38,052 nt of DNA, taken from the IMG/VR virus record IMGVR_UViG_3300039099_000002; one strand, given 5' to 3'. Within the stretch, counting starts at the first letter, position 1. Each line of letters opens with the position of its first letter. The notes below the pieces were generated by a model. That model did not search any database. It had not been told where the DNA came from and was given only the letters and a program-made list of their open reading frames with translations. A program made the translations under genes and the position numbers. The stretch is from an uncultured virus (IMG/VR IMGVR_UViG_3300039099_000002). Lineage: Duplodnaviria; Heunggongvirae; Uroviricota; Caudoviricetes. Of this stretch, positions 1 to 8,827 are shown piece after piece.

Positions 1-2
1 TA

Positions 3-548
3 GAAAGTTTAAATATGTCCCCAATACTCACTCGTGAGCCAGGAGGAACAGAATTGGGGACAGATTTGCGGAAGTTGTTACTAGAAAAGTCTCACAACAA
101 TCCAATTGGCGAAATTACAGAACTCTTGCTGTATGCGGCAGACAGAGCGCAACACATCGCAGAAAAACTAAAACCAAATTTAGCAGCAAATAAGTTTATT
201 TTATGCGATCGCTACACCGACTCGACAATTGCGTACCAAGGCTACGGCAGAGGTTTAAGCTTTAATTTAATAAATCAACTAAATCAAATTGCTACAGGCG
301 GATTGGAAAGCGATTTAACTATTTGGCTAGATGTAGATGTAGAAGTTGGACTTTCGCGTAAACGTGGGCAATCTGCACCAGACAGAATTGAGCAGGAAAC
401 TATAGAATTTCATCGGCGTGTGCAGCATGGCTATATGGAATTGCACAAACTCAACCCATACAGAATTGTGCGAATAGACGGAAACGCAGATAAAAATATA
501 ATTCAAAAAAAATACAGGAAATGTTACGAAATTTTCTACTTCCAGTAA
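3..548 (+). CDS. tmk: Thymidylate kinase (dTMP kinase); N-terminus is outside the window; possible 1-nt frameshift near the C-terminus
   Basis: Motifs TREPGGT, ELLLYAADRAQH, CDRY.DS.IAYQGYGRG and DRIE...FHRRV...Y. The frame is open back to the window edge. An A8 tract at 505-512 changes the C-terminus relative to the more typical IQKKIQEMLRNF in another frame. Confidence 0.96.
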   Translation, partial: ESLNMSPILTREPGGTELGTDLRKLLLEKSHNNPIGEITELLLYAADRAQHIAEKLKPNLAANKFILCDRYTDSTIAYQGYGRGLSFNLINQLNQIATGGLESDLTIWLDVDVEVGLSRKRGQSAPDRIEQETIEFHRRVQHGYMELHKLNPYRIVRIDGNADKNIIQKKYRKCYEIFYFQ

Positions 549-566
549 AATATCCTGAATTGAAAA

Positions 567-956
567 TTAGATAAGGCTAGTGAACATTATCAACCTTACT
601 TTTTGCATTTTGATGTCCAATTTTTTCTTAATTGCATTTCCAACTATTGAAGCAAAATCTTCAATAAAACTGATTTCTTTTTCGATGATTGAATCATCGG
701 ACATTTCTTCATAATTGCCGATAACATAGCCAACCACATAGTCATCATCATCGTTACCCACACCTGTTTGTATGATTTTGATTTTTGTGTTTTTATCAAA
801 AAACGTACCCACACCTGTTTGTATGATTTTGATTTTTGCGTTTTTATCAAAAAACGTCTCTTCAGTTTCACAATAATTTAAAAAAATATCTTCTGGCATT
901 TCCGAGCAAGGAATTCTAACGCCAAGCATTAAGTATGTCTTCATCGTTTGACTCAT
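567..956 (-). CDS. Hypothetical phage-like protein with an internal 17-aa tandem duplication
   Basis: 129-aa ORF; near-exact 51-bp duplication at ~755-857 (TFFDKN(A/T)KIKIIQTGVG x2). Confidence 0.7.
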   Translation of the reverse strand: MSQTMKTYLMLGVRIPCSEMPEDIFLNYCETEETFFDKNAKIKIIQTGVGTFFDKNTKIKIIQTGVGNDDDDYVVGYVIGNYEEMSDDSIIEKEISFIEDFASIVGNAIKKKLDIKMQKVRLIMFTSLI

Positions 957-969
957 GTTCCTATCCCTT

Positions 970-1575
970 TTAGTTTTCTGTTTTTTCTCTAGAATTTAGC
1001 GACGCTATTATTGTCTGCTGATCAATAATAATATCCATCAGTTGCTCTACTGTTAGCTTTCTGAAGGCTTCAATATCTAATGCGGTAGATTCTCCAATCT
1101 GGTTTTTTATTTTTTCTAATTTTTTATTGTTATTTTTTACCGCTTTTTTTACATCTTCCTGTTCTTTCGCTATTTTCGCCACCCTCTCTTTTTCTTCCCA
1201 ATCTTTTAATATTTCTTGTCCGCGAAGTTTTTGCGCTTCAAACATTGATTTGTCTTGGTCTGACAAAATCAGTGATTCTAAATCCGCAGATTTATTAATA
1301 ATTTTTCCACCAATTATTTTCAAGAAACCAACATTTGTTTCTATACTATGCTGCTTCACTGCTTCAGTAAATCGGTAGAATCCATCTTCTAAATTGTCTA
1401 CCATTATCTTGCTTATGTGACATCCGCCGTGATATGCAATGTCTTTCCCTCTTTCTGAATCATCAAACGATGTGCCGTAATATTGCAAAATTCCGAAGTT
1501 TGGCATACCTACAATCGCTAAATGTGCCTTAATTCCCTCTCTATGGTGTGTTTTTAGGTTAATGAAGTTTTGCAT
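970..1575 (-). CDS. Hypothetical protein with a coiled-coil C-terminus
   Basis: 201-aa ORF directly downstream of a conserved promoter copy (1614-1641) and an A/C-rich leader. Confidence 0.75.
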   Translation of the reverse strand: MQNFINLKTHHREGIKAHLAIVGMPNFGILQYYGTSFDDSERGKDIAYHGGCHISKIMVDNLEDGFYRFTEAVKQHSIETNVGFLKIIGGKIINKSADLESLILSDQDKSMFEAQKLRGQEILKDWEEKERVAKIAKEQEDVKKAVKNNNKKLEKIKNQIGESTALDIEAFRKLTVEQLMDIIIDQQTIIASLNSREKTEN

Positions 1576-1613
1576 TGTTTTCTTTTTTGTTTTTGGTTTT
1601 TGTCTATATATCT

Positions 1614-1641
1614 ATAATACTATGGTCAACAAAAAAGTCAA
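1614..1641 (-). promoter_or_regulatory. Conserved element promoter, copy 1
   Basis: Minus strand TTGACT-N16(tttttgttgaccatag)-TATTAT. Confidence 0.75.
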
Positions 1642-1913
1642 CTAAAATTATTGCATATTAAACCACTCCTAACTTTTTTCTTCAGCTTGGGAGTTGATTC
1701 TACTAGTCGGGAAATGTCACCCATGCTGGCACAGTCGAATAGTTTCTTGTAGTTAGATTCTGCCCATTCTCTGACCTTCAACTCGTCCTCTTCTATGGCG
1801 AATTGAAAATAATTAGACATTACGGTTGGCAGATCATTCTTAATTACCAGTCTGTAGCCTGACACTCCATTTAGAGCGAACATAGGAACTGCAAAGCCAC
1901 CGTCAAGCTGCAT
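1638..1913 (-). CDS. Hypothetical protein, possibly the 3' part of a decayed longer gene
   Basis: 91-aa ORF. The same frame continues to an ATG at 2111 through two in-frame stops, next to an IS605-type end. Confidence 0.45.
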   Translation of the reverse strand: MQLDGGFAVPMFALNGVSGYRLVIKNDLPTVMSNYFQFAIEEDELKVREWAESNYKKLFDCASMGDISRLVESTPKLKKKVRSGLICNNFS

Positions 1914-2129
1914 TAGCTTTATTTCACTTATTTGGAATTCATAAGCAAAATTGTCTGCGTCTTTTCCGTGCTGCTCAAGCAGCTTTCTTGCTCTACTCCA
2001 ACCCCGGTATTGATCCTTTTAGGTTTTAGCTAATGTGGCGATCGCCACTTTGGTTACACAAAAGCTCTAATTAGCACCTTTTGAAGTTGTTCGGATCATT
2101 ATTGTTTGCATCAGGGTGCGAACGAGGAA

Positions 2130-2163
2130 TTGACACTCTCAGTGGCTTTATCCACTGAGTTTT
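2130..2163 (-). mobile_element. IS200/IS605-family right-end-like hairpin remnant
   Basis: Minus strand ctcagtgg-ataaag-ccactgag-agtgTCAA: a subterminal hairpin ending in GAGTGTCAA, the usual form of cyanobacterial IS605/TnpB right ends. No transposase nearby. Confidence 0.5.
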
Positions 2164-2330
2164 ACGCTTACCAAGCTATCGGAATAAAATCTCCACAATT
2201 TCTTTGTTAGATCGCTAAACTATCACCTTCCCACCATCTTTCCTTTCTTTCAACAAATGCGCCTCCGTTGCAATAGCCATAATAAGAGGGTGCTTGTAAT
2301 ACATTTATAATTTCACTGAAAAATAAAGCT

Positions 2331-2414
2331 GGGAAGATGATCACTTTCTTACAGGAAACTACCCTTTTTTCTTTGTATCTTCCCTTGACTTTTGTACCCA
2401 CTTTATGGTATTAT
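2331..2414 (+). promoter_or_regulatory. Repeat-module head, copy A: GGGAAGAT...ATCTTCCC inverted repeat plus promoter
   Basis: GGGAAGATGA at 2331, ATCTTCCC at 2377-2384, then TTGACT-N18-TATTAT; near-identical to 15700-15782 and 23831-23913. Confidence 0.7.
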
Positions 2415-2809
2415 ATGTAATTTGAAAATTTGGTGTCCAACCTTACGATAGAATAGGCATTTCAGTCGTTGTCATTGCCAAAAATCATGTAACACGCTTG
2501 TAGTTTTTTGCCGCCAAAAATCACCGTTTTCAGCGAAGCACAGAACAAATGTATTCTATGCGCCTATATTTACGCCTGTGCATATCTGGCTTTAATAAAA
2601 ATAAGCATGACAATTTGTCCTAAATTCACAGAATTTAGGACGATAAACTAAAGCTAACGATTTTTATTTGTCCAGAAAAAGATAAAAAGATTCTAGCAAC
2701 GACAAAATCGCAGTTTTAAATACCAAAATAATATAAACGCTTAAAATAAGCGCATACACACTTGGCGTTAGGTTTTTGCGGAATAAAAAACAATGAGAAT
2801 AATTATGTC

Positions 2810-3307
2810 TAATACTTAGTGTGCTTTTGTGCGGTGATTTAGTCCACACGGTTGGAAACCCAAGGTTAGATCATAATTTTGTTGCTTGAAAACCAAAAAG
2901 CATGACCGAAGCTTGGTGTGCTTTTGTAATGCACTTTAATCCAGGACAGTTACTGGCTCAAGTTCCCTTCAAAATCTTGTTAGTTTTCACCAACGTGCCT
3001 ATAGCACCTCTATAGGCTCACCAGTTTCTTCAAGGATCTGATGTTTAATCCGTTAGGATCGATGAGGCGAAGGTTCTTATGTTTCTTCAATCTTGGCAGT
3101 AACCATCTGCCTCGCGTCCTGTCAGCTTTTTGAGGTTATCTCGCATCCGAGGTACGAGTTGCCTTCCAGGTATAGGCTTTTTAAAACCGCATACGTATAG
3201 TAACGGGGGAATTTCCCTGGATATCTTGTCTCCTTGCGAACAAGACCCGAACGAGAACAGTTTAAAACCAAAACGCAGTACGCTTGATCTAAGGATTTAC
3301 TCTCGTT
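2810..3307 (-). ncRNA. Candidate large structured non-coding RNA (~500 nt), family unassigned
   Basis: GC-enriched island with no credible ORF, directly behind a TTGCAC-N17-TATTAT promoter. The predicted +1 begins a stem (AACGAGA/UCUCGUU). At least 10 hairpins or long-range helices, with GCAA, GAAA and UAAC tetraloops. The 3' end is approximate. Confidence 0.65.
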
Positions 3308-3313
3308 ATTATA

Positions 3314-3342
3314 ATAATAACATAAAAAGAAAAAATGTGCAA
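3314..3342 (-). promoter_or_regulatory. Sigma70-type promoter of the candidate ncRNA
   Basis: Minus strand TTGCAC-attttttctttttatgt(17)-TATTAT with an extended -10 TG. Confidence 0.65.
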
Positions 3343-3424
3343 GACATTTAGGAAAGAAATATAAATATAGAGGTAGGGTTAGCTGTCTAAATAATCAAAA
3401 TGCAATGAAAACGAAAACAAGGAA

Positions 3425-3772
3425 ATGAGCCTGTATCAACTACAGGAAAAATATGCAGAGATAGAAGACAAGTTAAACGCCCAATTGACAGAGAGTTTCC
3501 TATTAAGCTCGGAGACAGAATATGATTTGCTTGTTAGATCGGTAAGCGTCGAGCCGAGATTACTTGATGGTCGCGGATATTTGGAGATTTTTGCTAATTG
3601 TAAAAAATGGAATCCAAATAAAACAAGCGGATTAGGCAGAGAAAAGGTATTCCTAACGCCATACATGGTTTTCCAGAAAGACGTTTGGAAAGTATGCCCT
3701 ATCCTTGGACGGGATCTTGTGCGCGAAAATGTTACAGGTGTTGAAATATCCGAATCAGGGTGGATTAACTAA
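3425..3772 (+). CDS. Hypothetical protein
   Basis: 115-aa ORF with AAGGA upstream of the ATG, followed by a hairpin at ~3790-3822. Confidence 0.65.
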   Translation: MSLYQLQEKYAEIEDKLNAQLTESFLLSSETEYDLLVRSVSVEPRLLDGRGYLEIFANCKKWNPNKTSGLGREKVFLTPYMVFQKDVWKVCPILGRDLVRENVTGVEISESGWIN

Positions 3773-3849
3773 TATTTGCAATATTAAATAACATACCCAC
3801 AAATAGTGTTTGCGGGTATGTTTGTACTCAATTAAGGAAACAGAATACA

Positions 3850-4278
3850 GTGCTTGAGATTCATTCAGTAAGAAAACCCGCAGCAACTAATCCTAATTCT
3901 GGGGAGTATGGAAAAATATTTGATCGTGTCTGGGGTAAAGACTTCTATCCTGATCAAAAAAGTTTGATGGTTAAGTACGCATTTGATGTGCGTGTCGTTG
4001 TCGCTAAAACAATGTCTCCTAGACATCCAAGCTTTTACCCATTCCTGGAAGTGGGGATGGATTTGATTGAAAGGACGATGGCGTGTATTCCTCTAAATTG
4101 CGAAAAGGCAACATTCTATTTTCCAGAAAGATGGCTTGCCGTCGTTGAGCAGAGAGAGTTTATGTTTAAGTTGGAAACGACCAACATGGGTCTGAACTTA
4201 AAGAAGGTGGACATCTTGACTTCATCGCCAATTATGATTTCAGACTTTTTTCAAGAGCAAATTTTGATTATTGCTTAG
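3850..4278 (+). CDS. Hypothetical protein
   Basis: 142-aa ORF, GTG start, co-oriented with its neighbours. Confidence 0.65.
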   Translation: MLEIHSVRKPAATNPNSGEYGKIFDRVWGKDFYPDQKSLMVKYAFDVRVVVAKTMSPRHPSFYPFLEVGMDLIERTMACIPLNCEKATFYFPERWLAVVEQREFMFKLETTNMGLNLKKVDILTSSPIMISDFFQEQILIIA

Positions 4279-4328
4279 AAACCGAATCATCGCCAAACCA
4301 AAGAAGAAAACATCTAAAAAATACAATC

Positions 4329-4559
4329 ATGCCTAAAAAAATAGTTAGAGTTCCAATTACTGGGTTTGTGAAAATTGCTGTTGATGCGTCTAGCATAAAA
4401 GCTGCGGAATCTCTTGCACATTCGTTAGTAACTACAAGTTTGTCGCCAAGAGACGGAGTTACCGACTTAAATACCCTATTGACTGCTGAAGATTTTTGTC
4501 TTACAACTTACTCTTCTGCTGACAGTGCTTTTGTTGATGAAGATTACATTGATTTTTAG
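4329..4559 (+). CDS. Hypothetical protein
   Basis: 76-aa ORF after an A/C-rich leader. Confidence 0.6.
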   Translation: MPKKIVRVPITGFVKIAVDASSIKAAESLAHSLVTTSLSPRDGVTDLNTLLTAEDFCLTTYSSADSAFVDEDYIDF

Positions 4560-4644
4560 CTATTCACCAAACAGTGGACATTCAAACCCCAAACGAGAGA
4601 GATTTTGGGCTGTAAATACCAAAAATAAAAAATATTAAAAGCCT

Positions 4645-4914
4645 TGTTTTAGCGGTAAAAACATATTGTAATCCCCGCGCGGCAAGGCTTTTGCTTTGAG
4701 GATATTTGCCCCAGTGTCCGCCCCAAAACCGACAAGCGGATGTTTGTTCCCAGCCTTGGACACCGTCCGACAAAACTAAAATCTTGTAACACACTAAAAA
4801 CCCCTATTTTACCGTCAAAAATCGGTGGCGTATTGTACCATAGCGACTGTACCAAAGTCAAGGGAAGATGTGAAAAAATGGGCATTTCCTTTAAGAAAAA
4901 ACAATCATCTTCCC
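4645..4914 (-). repeat. Repeat module, copy B (inverted-repeat box, promoter, lead unit), divergent
   Basis: Minus strand: GGGAAGATG...CATCTTCCC (4914-4862), TTGACT-N18-TACAAT (4861-4832), then gtgttacaagatttt...aagccttgccgcgcggggattacaatatgtttttaccg, homologous to 15785-15960. Confidence 0.8.
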
Positions 4915-4931
4915 AAGTATTTTTTTAGGTT

Positions 4932-5213
4932 TTATAAATCGTCCTGGTTTTCTGTTTCTATGTCAATACTTGTTTTTAACTCAAAGACAACATAACCTGG
5001 TTCTTCTGTTTCTATGTCAATACTTGTTTTTAACTCAAAGACAACATAACCTGGTTCTTCTGTTTCTGGGTCAGGCATAGTTATTTCTAATTTGTCTATG
5101 TCCCACGACTCGCTTCCATCATAAAAATTTAGCTTTAGGTCTAGTACAGATTGGTCTTTCTCACTAGATTGTCTAACCTGTTCGGCAAATTCTAAAAAGT
5201 CTTTAACTAGCAT
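4932..5213 (-). CDS. Acidic hypothetical protein with an 18-aa tandem duplication
   Basis: 93-aa ORF; exact 54-bp duplication (ETEEPGYVVFELKTSIDI x2). Confidence 0.65.
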   Translation of the reverse strand: MLVKDFLEFAEQVRQSSEKDQSVLDLKLNFYDGSESWDIDKLEITMPDPETEEPGYVVFELKTSIDIETEEPGYVVFELKTSIDIETENQDDL

Positions 5214-5298
5214 ATTTTTTGTTGTTGCGATCGCAATTTTGTTGTCTATTGATAGGTGTCGGTATCGCGCTTTGTATTATTTTATTACACCGATTTTT

Positions 5299-5339
5299 AA
5301 CCATTTTGCATTTTATCGGAATCAAAATGCAAAATGGTT
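5299..5339. terminator. Perfect inverted repeat, 16-bp arms
   Basis: aaccattttgcatttt-N9-aaaatgcaaaatggtt just downstream of 5352..5948. Confidence 0.65.
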
Positions 5340-5351
5340 TATTAAATCAGT

Positions 5352-5948
5352 TTACTGCTTTTTTACTTCGCTGTGAAGGCTGCTGAAGCTAAACTTTAGA
5401 GCCGCATTTTTACCCTTTGTGGTAATAGCATTTCGTGCGTTTATATACTCCGCTTCGATTAATGAAGCTTTGGCGTTATCCCATTCTTGAGATGATATTA
5501 AAGCTAAACCATTGCTTTTGCGATAATCTTTAATGCCGGCATAGCTTGATTTGAAAGATAAAAAGCAAGATAGAACAACTTTTTGCTCAAAGGTTAAATC
5601 GTAGTCGCCACTAGCTAAATCCTTGGGCATTTCTTCGGGTCTTACATAAAAAGTTATCCCAGCGTCTTTTCCCATGCTTATTGTGTGGGTAATTATAAAA
5701 TATCCTTTTGGAATCTCGAAGCTTTTATGAGCGACTACATTAAATGGGTTTTTTGTATCATCGCTAGGTGCGTGAAATTCGCCATTTTCTCTATTTACGA
5801 GAACGCATCTTTCTTTGCTGCCACCTTCCCAATAATTGTTGAGACAATAGTTAAGTTGTGGCACTACTTTATATTTTCTACCGCTGTAATTAAATACTTT
5901 TGCAGCGAGTTCTTTCATTGTCTTGTTGTTGTTTATGAAAATTGTCAT
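5352..5948 (-). CDS. Hypothetical phage-like protein
   Basis: 198-aa ORF behind the conserved promoter copy at 5984-6012. Confidence 0.75.
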   Translation of the reverse strand: MTIFINNNKTMKELAAKVFNYSGRKYKVVPQLNYCLNNYWEGGSKERCVLVNRENGEFHAPSDDTKNPFNVVAHKSFEIPKGYFIITHTISMGKDAGITFYVRPEEMPKDLASGDYDLTFEQKVVLSCFLSFKSSYAGIKDYRKSNGLALISSQEWDNAKASLIEAEYINARNAITTKGKNAALKFSFSSLHSEVKKQ

Positions 5949-5983
5949 TGTTTTTTGTGTTTGTGGTTTTTGTCTATATATCT

Positions 5984-6012
5984 ATATTACATTGGTTAAC
6001 CACAAAAGTCAA
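5984..6012 (-). promoter_or_regulatory. Conserved element promoter, copy 2
   Basis: Minus strand TTGACT-tttgtggttaaccaatg-TAATAT; leader ATAGACAAAAACC shared with copy 1. Confidence 0.75.
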
Positions 6013-6407
6013 CCAGTTTTTGATTTTATTGTGGAAGTTTTATTCCAAGATTTCCTCGCCACACCAAGACTTCTTTTTTTAGAAGTTTAATTCTTGTATT
6101 CACATTATTGCGAACCAGCGACACACTGACAACATAAAAATCGTCGCATTGATAGAGGCAATATATTGGAATATTGCATTCTGCTATCATTACTAAAACA
6201 AGCTCATAAGGTTGCGGGAGCTTGTCCTCTGGTTTTACCCATTCGCTTGAATGTAAAATTGCCTCAACTTCTGGGCTTTGTTTCTTCGGTATTTATTTTT
6301 TCTGTACCTAACTGCATGGCTTTAAATTTCTTGATACTTGTTAACACATTTTACCACAAACAATGTTAATATAGCATCAATATTGCAATAACATTTTAAG
6401 CTAAATC

Positions 6408-6956
6408 ATGAAAGTATTTATCGGGGTTGATCCAGGATCTAAGGGTGCTATTGTCGCTATAAACGAAAACAAGGAGTTAATTATATGCGCCGATATGCCG
6501 TTTGTAGATGGGCAAATCTCAATGAGGGGTGTTGCTAAAATATTTAGTGATTTTGACCCTAACAATAGTTTTGCGGCCATAGAAGTTGCGAAAGCCATGA
6601 GCCAAAAAGACGAGAAAAAAGGCGGAGAAAAAAGAAGTCAGAGTGTTGCATCAATGCTTAAATATGGGCGTGGTCTTGGGGCTTTGCAGATGTGCATTTT
6701 TATGAAGCAGATATCATGCACAGAGGTTCAATCCGTTCAATGGATGTCACTTTTGGGTGTTAACGGCAAAACAAGCGGTCAATACAATGGCGATAAAGTC
6801 GCTGTGGAATTAATACCACAAATAAAAGACTTGGTATATGAAAAAAATTCAAAATACAAAAATGGTGTAAAAATTTGTGATGGGCGTGCAGATGCTGCCT
6901 TGATTGCTGAGTGGAAACTAAGAAAATATCTGTCTGCAAGAAATACAAAAATTTAA
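6408..6956 (+). CDS. Phage-type RuvC-like Holliday junction resolvase
   Basis: N-terminal FIGVDPGSKGAI (catalytic D), AIE (catalytic E), C-terminal DGRADAALIA (two catalytic D). Confidence 0.85.
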   Translation: MKVFIGVDPGSKGAIVAINENKELIICADMPFVDGQISMRGVAKIFSDFDPNNSFAAIEVAKAMSQKDEKKGGEKRSQSVASMLKYGRGLGALQMCIFMKQISCTEVQSVQWMSLLGVNGKTSGQYNGDKVAVELIPQIKDLVYEKNSKYKNGVKICDGRADAALIAEWKLRKYLSARNTKI

Positions 6957-7151
6957 TGTTTGCAAGTCAAAATGGTGGACAAGCATCTGTTTTGTGCCGT
7001 AAACGGGAAATAGACATTGAACAGATTTATGATCCGCGCTTTGGTTGCGTCGGGCTGTACCCTGAATCAGTTTTGATTGAAGTTTTCAAGTAGCTAATTT
7101 ACGCGGTCGCCTCTTTTAGGGCGATCGCACTCACAATCACCAAGGAAGATC

Positions 7152-7346
7152 ATGCAATATACTGGATACCTTTTGATTAACAATGAGAAAATAAAAGTGC
7201 TTGTCAGGGAAGGGAAAACATATCGCTCTTTAAAAATTAGACAATCTGGAGTAGACGGTAATTTTCTCTCTGACGAAAGTGATTATCTAGCAAGTTATCC
7301 ATCCCTGATTAGAGAGCTAAAGAATGGATCACAGATTTCAGTTTGA
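7152..7346 (+). CDS. Small hypothetical protein
   Basis: 64-aa ORF with AAGGA upstream, flanked by HIP1-containing hairpins. Confidence 0.5.
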   Translation: MQYTGYLLINNEKIKVLVREGKTYRSLKIRQSGVDGNFLSDESDYLASYPSLIRELKNGSQISV

Positions 7347-7588
7347 ATTAACAAGCGGTCGTCTCTTTTTGTTGGGCGATCGCATTTAATCACATAACAG
7401 TCACATAAAGATCGCTCTTTTGATGGGCGATCGCGCTACAACTCTAACAATTTGAATTATGGATACTTTATCATTTAACCGGAAACATAAAAAGACAAAA
7501 GCGACGTAAGCGATATCAATTAAAACAGCGGCTAAGAGAACTAGACAGTATTGCTGAAAACCAAATCCATAGAAACTACAATCTTTTT

Positions 7589-7780
7589 ATGGCTTCCTGG
7601 GGTGGTACTCGTTGCCCTGGTTGTGGAATAGACATAAGACCGTACCAACTACTTGGTGCTGATTTTAGTGGAACTTTAGTAGATGAATATGGTAATTGGA
7701 CTGGACATATTTCAGGGTATTTACTACCCTGCAAAAAGGTTAAAAAATGCCCTAGCGAAAGAAATTGGTTTTGCCAATAA
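7589..7780 (+). CDS. Small Cys-containing hypothetical protein
   Basis: 63-aa ORF with CPGC, followed by the hairpin agcccc-tgttac-ggggct. Confidence 0.45.
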   Translation: MASWGGTRCPGCGIDIRPYQLLGADFSGTLVDEYGNWTGHISGYLLPCKKVKKCPSERNWFCQ

Positions 7781-7785
7781 AAAAA

Positions 7786-7802
7786 GCCCCTGTTACGGGG
7801 CT
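7786..7802. terminator. Probable intrinsic terminator between convergent genes
   Basis: aaaaaagcccctgttacggggctaaattt. Confidence 0.6.
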
Positions 7803-7806
7803 AAAT

Positions 7807-8316
7807 TTACTTTTCCACTGGTTTTATTGCACCACTTTTGAACTGCGAAGCCATTGCGACTCTAGTGATTTTGGGATTAGTGTCATCTACCCACGTGAAG
7901 ATAACTATTTTTCCCTCAAAGTCCTTCAAAGCCTCTTTTAAAACTTTATCTTCCATTAATTCTTGATCGTAGTCGTGTCCAAATCTCCATCTATTATTAA
8001 AATAGTCTTTGTCTTGCTCAGGCTTTGCATTCCATGATTCGTTAAAAGTTTTAACTGCAAAGCTGTAATTCTGTGCGGTTAAAGGCAATTTTAACATTAT
8101 TTCTTGGTATAAACTTAATGACTGTGGGCGCAGTACAAGTTCGCCACCGTCAATCAAATTTAACTTAGCAGACAAAAGGGAGTAATAGAGATTAAATTTC
8201 TCCAAACTGTCAGTTAGCACGTAAAACTGCATAAATTTGCCAGGAGAAATGTCAATCAAGACGCTCCAATTTTCAATTATTCGCTCTACAGATTTTCCTT
8301 GGATGTCGCAATACAT
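7807..8316 (-). CDS. Hypothetical protein
   Basis: The likely start is the ATG at 8316 (MYCDIQ...), just after the stop of 8319..8654, rather than 8427. Confidence 0.65.
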   Translation of the reverse strand: MYCDIQGKSVERIIENWSVLIDISPGKFMQFYVLTDSLEKFNLYYSLLSAKLNLIDGGELVLRPQSLSLYQEIMLKLPLTAQNYSFAVKTFNESWNAKPEQDKDYFNNRWRFGHDYDQELMEDKVLKEALKDFEGKIVIFTWVDDTNPKITRVAMASQFKSGAIKPVEK

Positions 8317-8318
8317 AA

Positions 8319-8654
8319 CTAACTCCCTAAAATGAAACTTTGTATTGGTAAGACATCTTTTAATAGCTTCCATCTTGGAGCTATTTTTCTTTGAACTTTG
8401 TAATGCTCCAATTCCAACGTCGTACAAATTCTTTCCAAAATTTGTAGTGTGTCCATTCCTGACGGTGGTTGCAATTGAATTAACCGCCTCACAGTAAACT
8501 CATATATTGTTGAAAAGCCTTTTGACTCCAACTCCTCCTGAACACTTTTTTGAAGAGTTGGATCAGAAAATTCTAAATAAAAAGATACACTATTTTCTGA
8601 CATCCAGGCTAATACATCGTATTGTGGCTTAATAGTCTCAAAGTTAAACATCAA
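8319..8654 (-). CDS. Hypothetical protein
   Basis: 111-aa ORF with an AAGGAG Shine-Dalgarno upstream. Confidence 0.65.
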   Translation of the reverse strand: MMFNFETIKPQYDVLAWMSENSVSFYLEFSDPTLQKSVQEELESKGFSTIYEFTVRRLIQLQPPSGMDTLQILERICTTLELEHYKVQRKIAPRWKLLKDVLPIQSFILGS

Positions 8655-8827
8655 ATCAACTCCTTATGTAAATTTACGAGGAAGCTTTCTGCCGTTAATT
8701 GGTGGCATTTTCACCAATCCACTGCCCATAGCCCTGGTACACGACTCGATATTGCATTAAAACTCCTTTTCGGTTGTCAATATTGATTAGATATTAAAAC
8801 TAATAATATTAATATTAGCACAATATT

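Noticed and set aside
2810..3307. Group I/II intron, IscB omegaRNA (HEARO) or the 73-aa ORF 3130..3351
   Set aside because: No interrupted host gene, no group II domain V or GUGYG start, and no adjacent IscB/HNH gene. The ORF has a TTG start and runs antisense through the promoter. A covariance-model search is still needed to exclude these formally.
6408..6956. TnpB/Cas12-like RNA-guided nuclease partnering the candidate ncRNA
   Set aside because: At 182 aa it has a compact RuvC-resolvase motif layout, with no zinc finger or REC/WED region, and lies 3 kb from the RNA.
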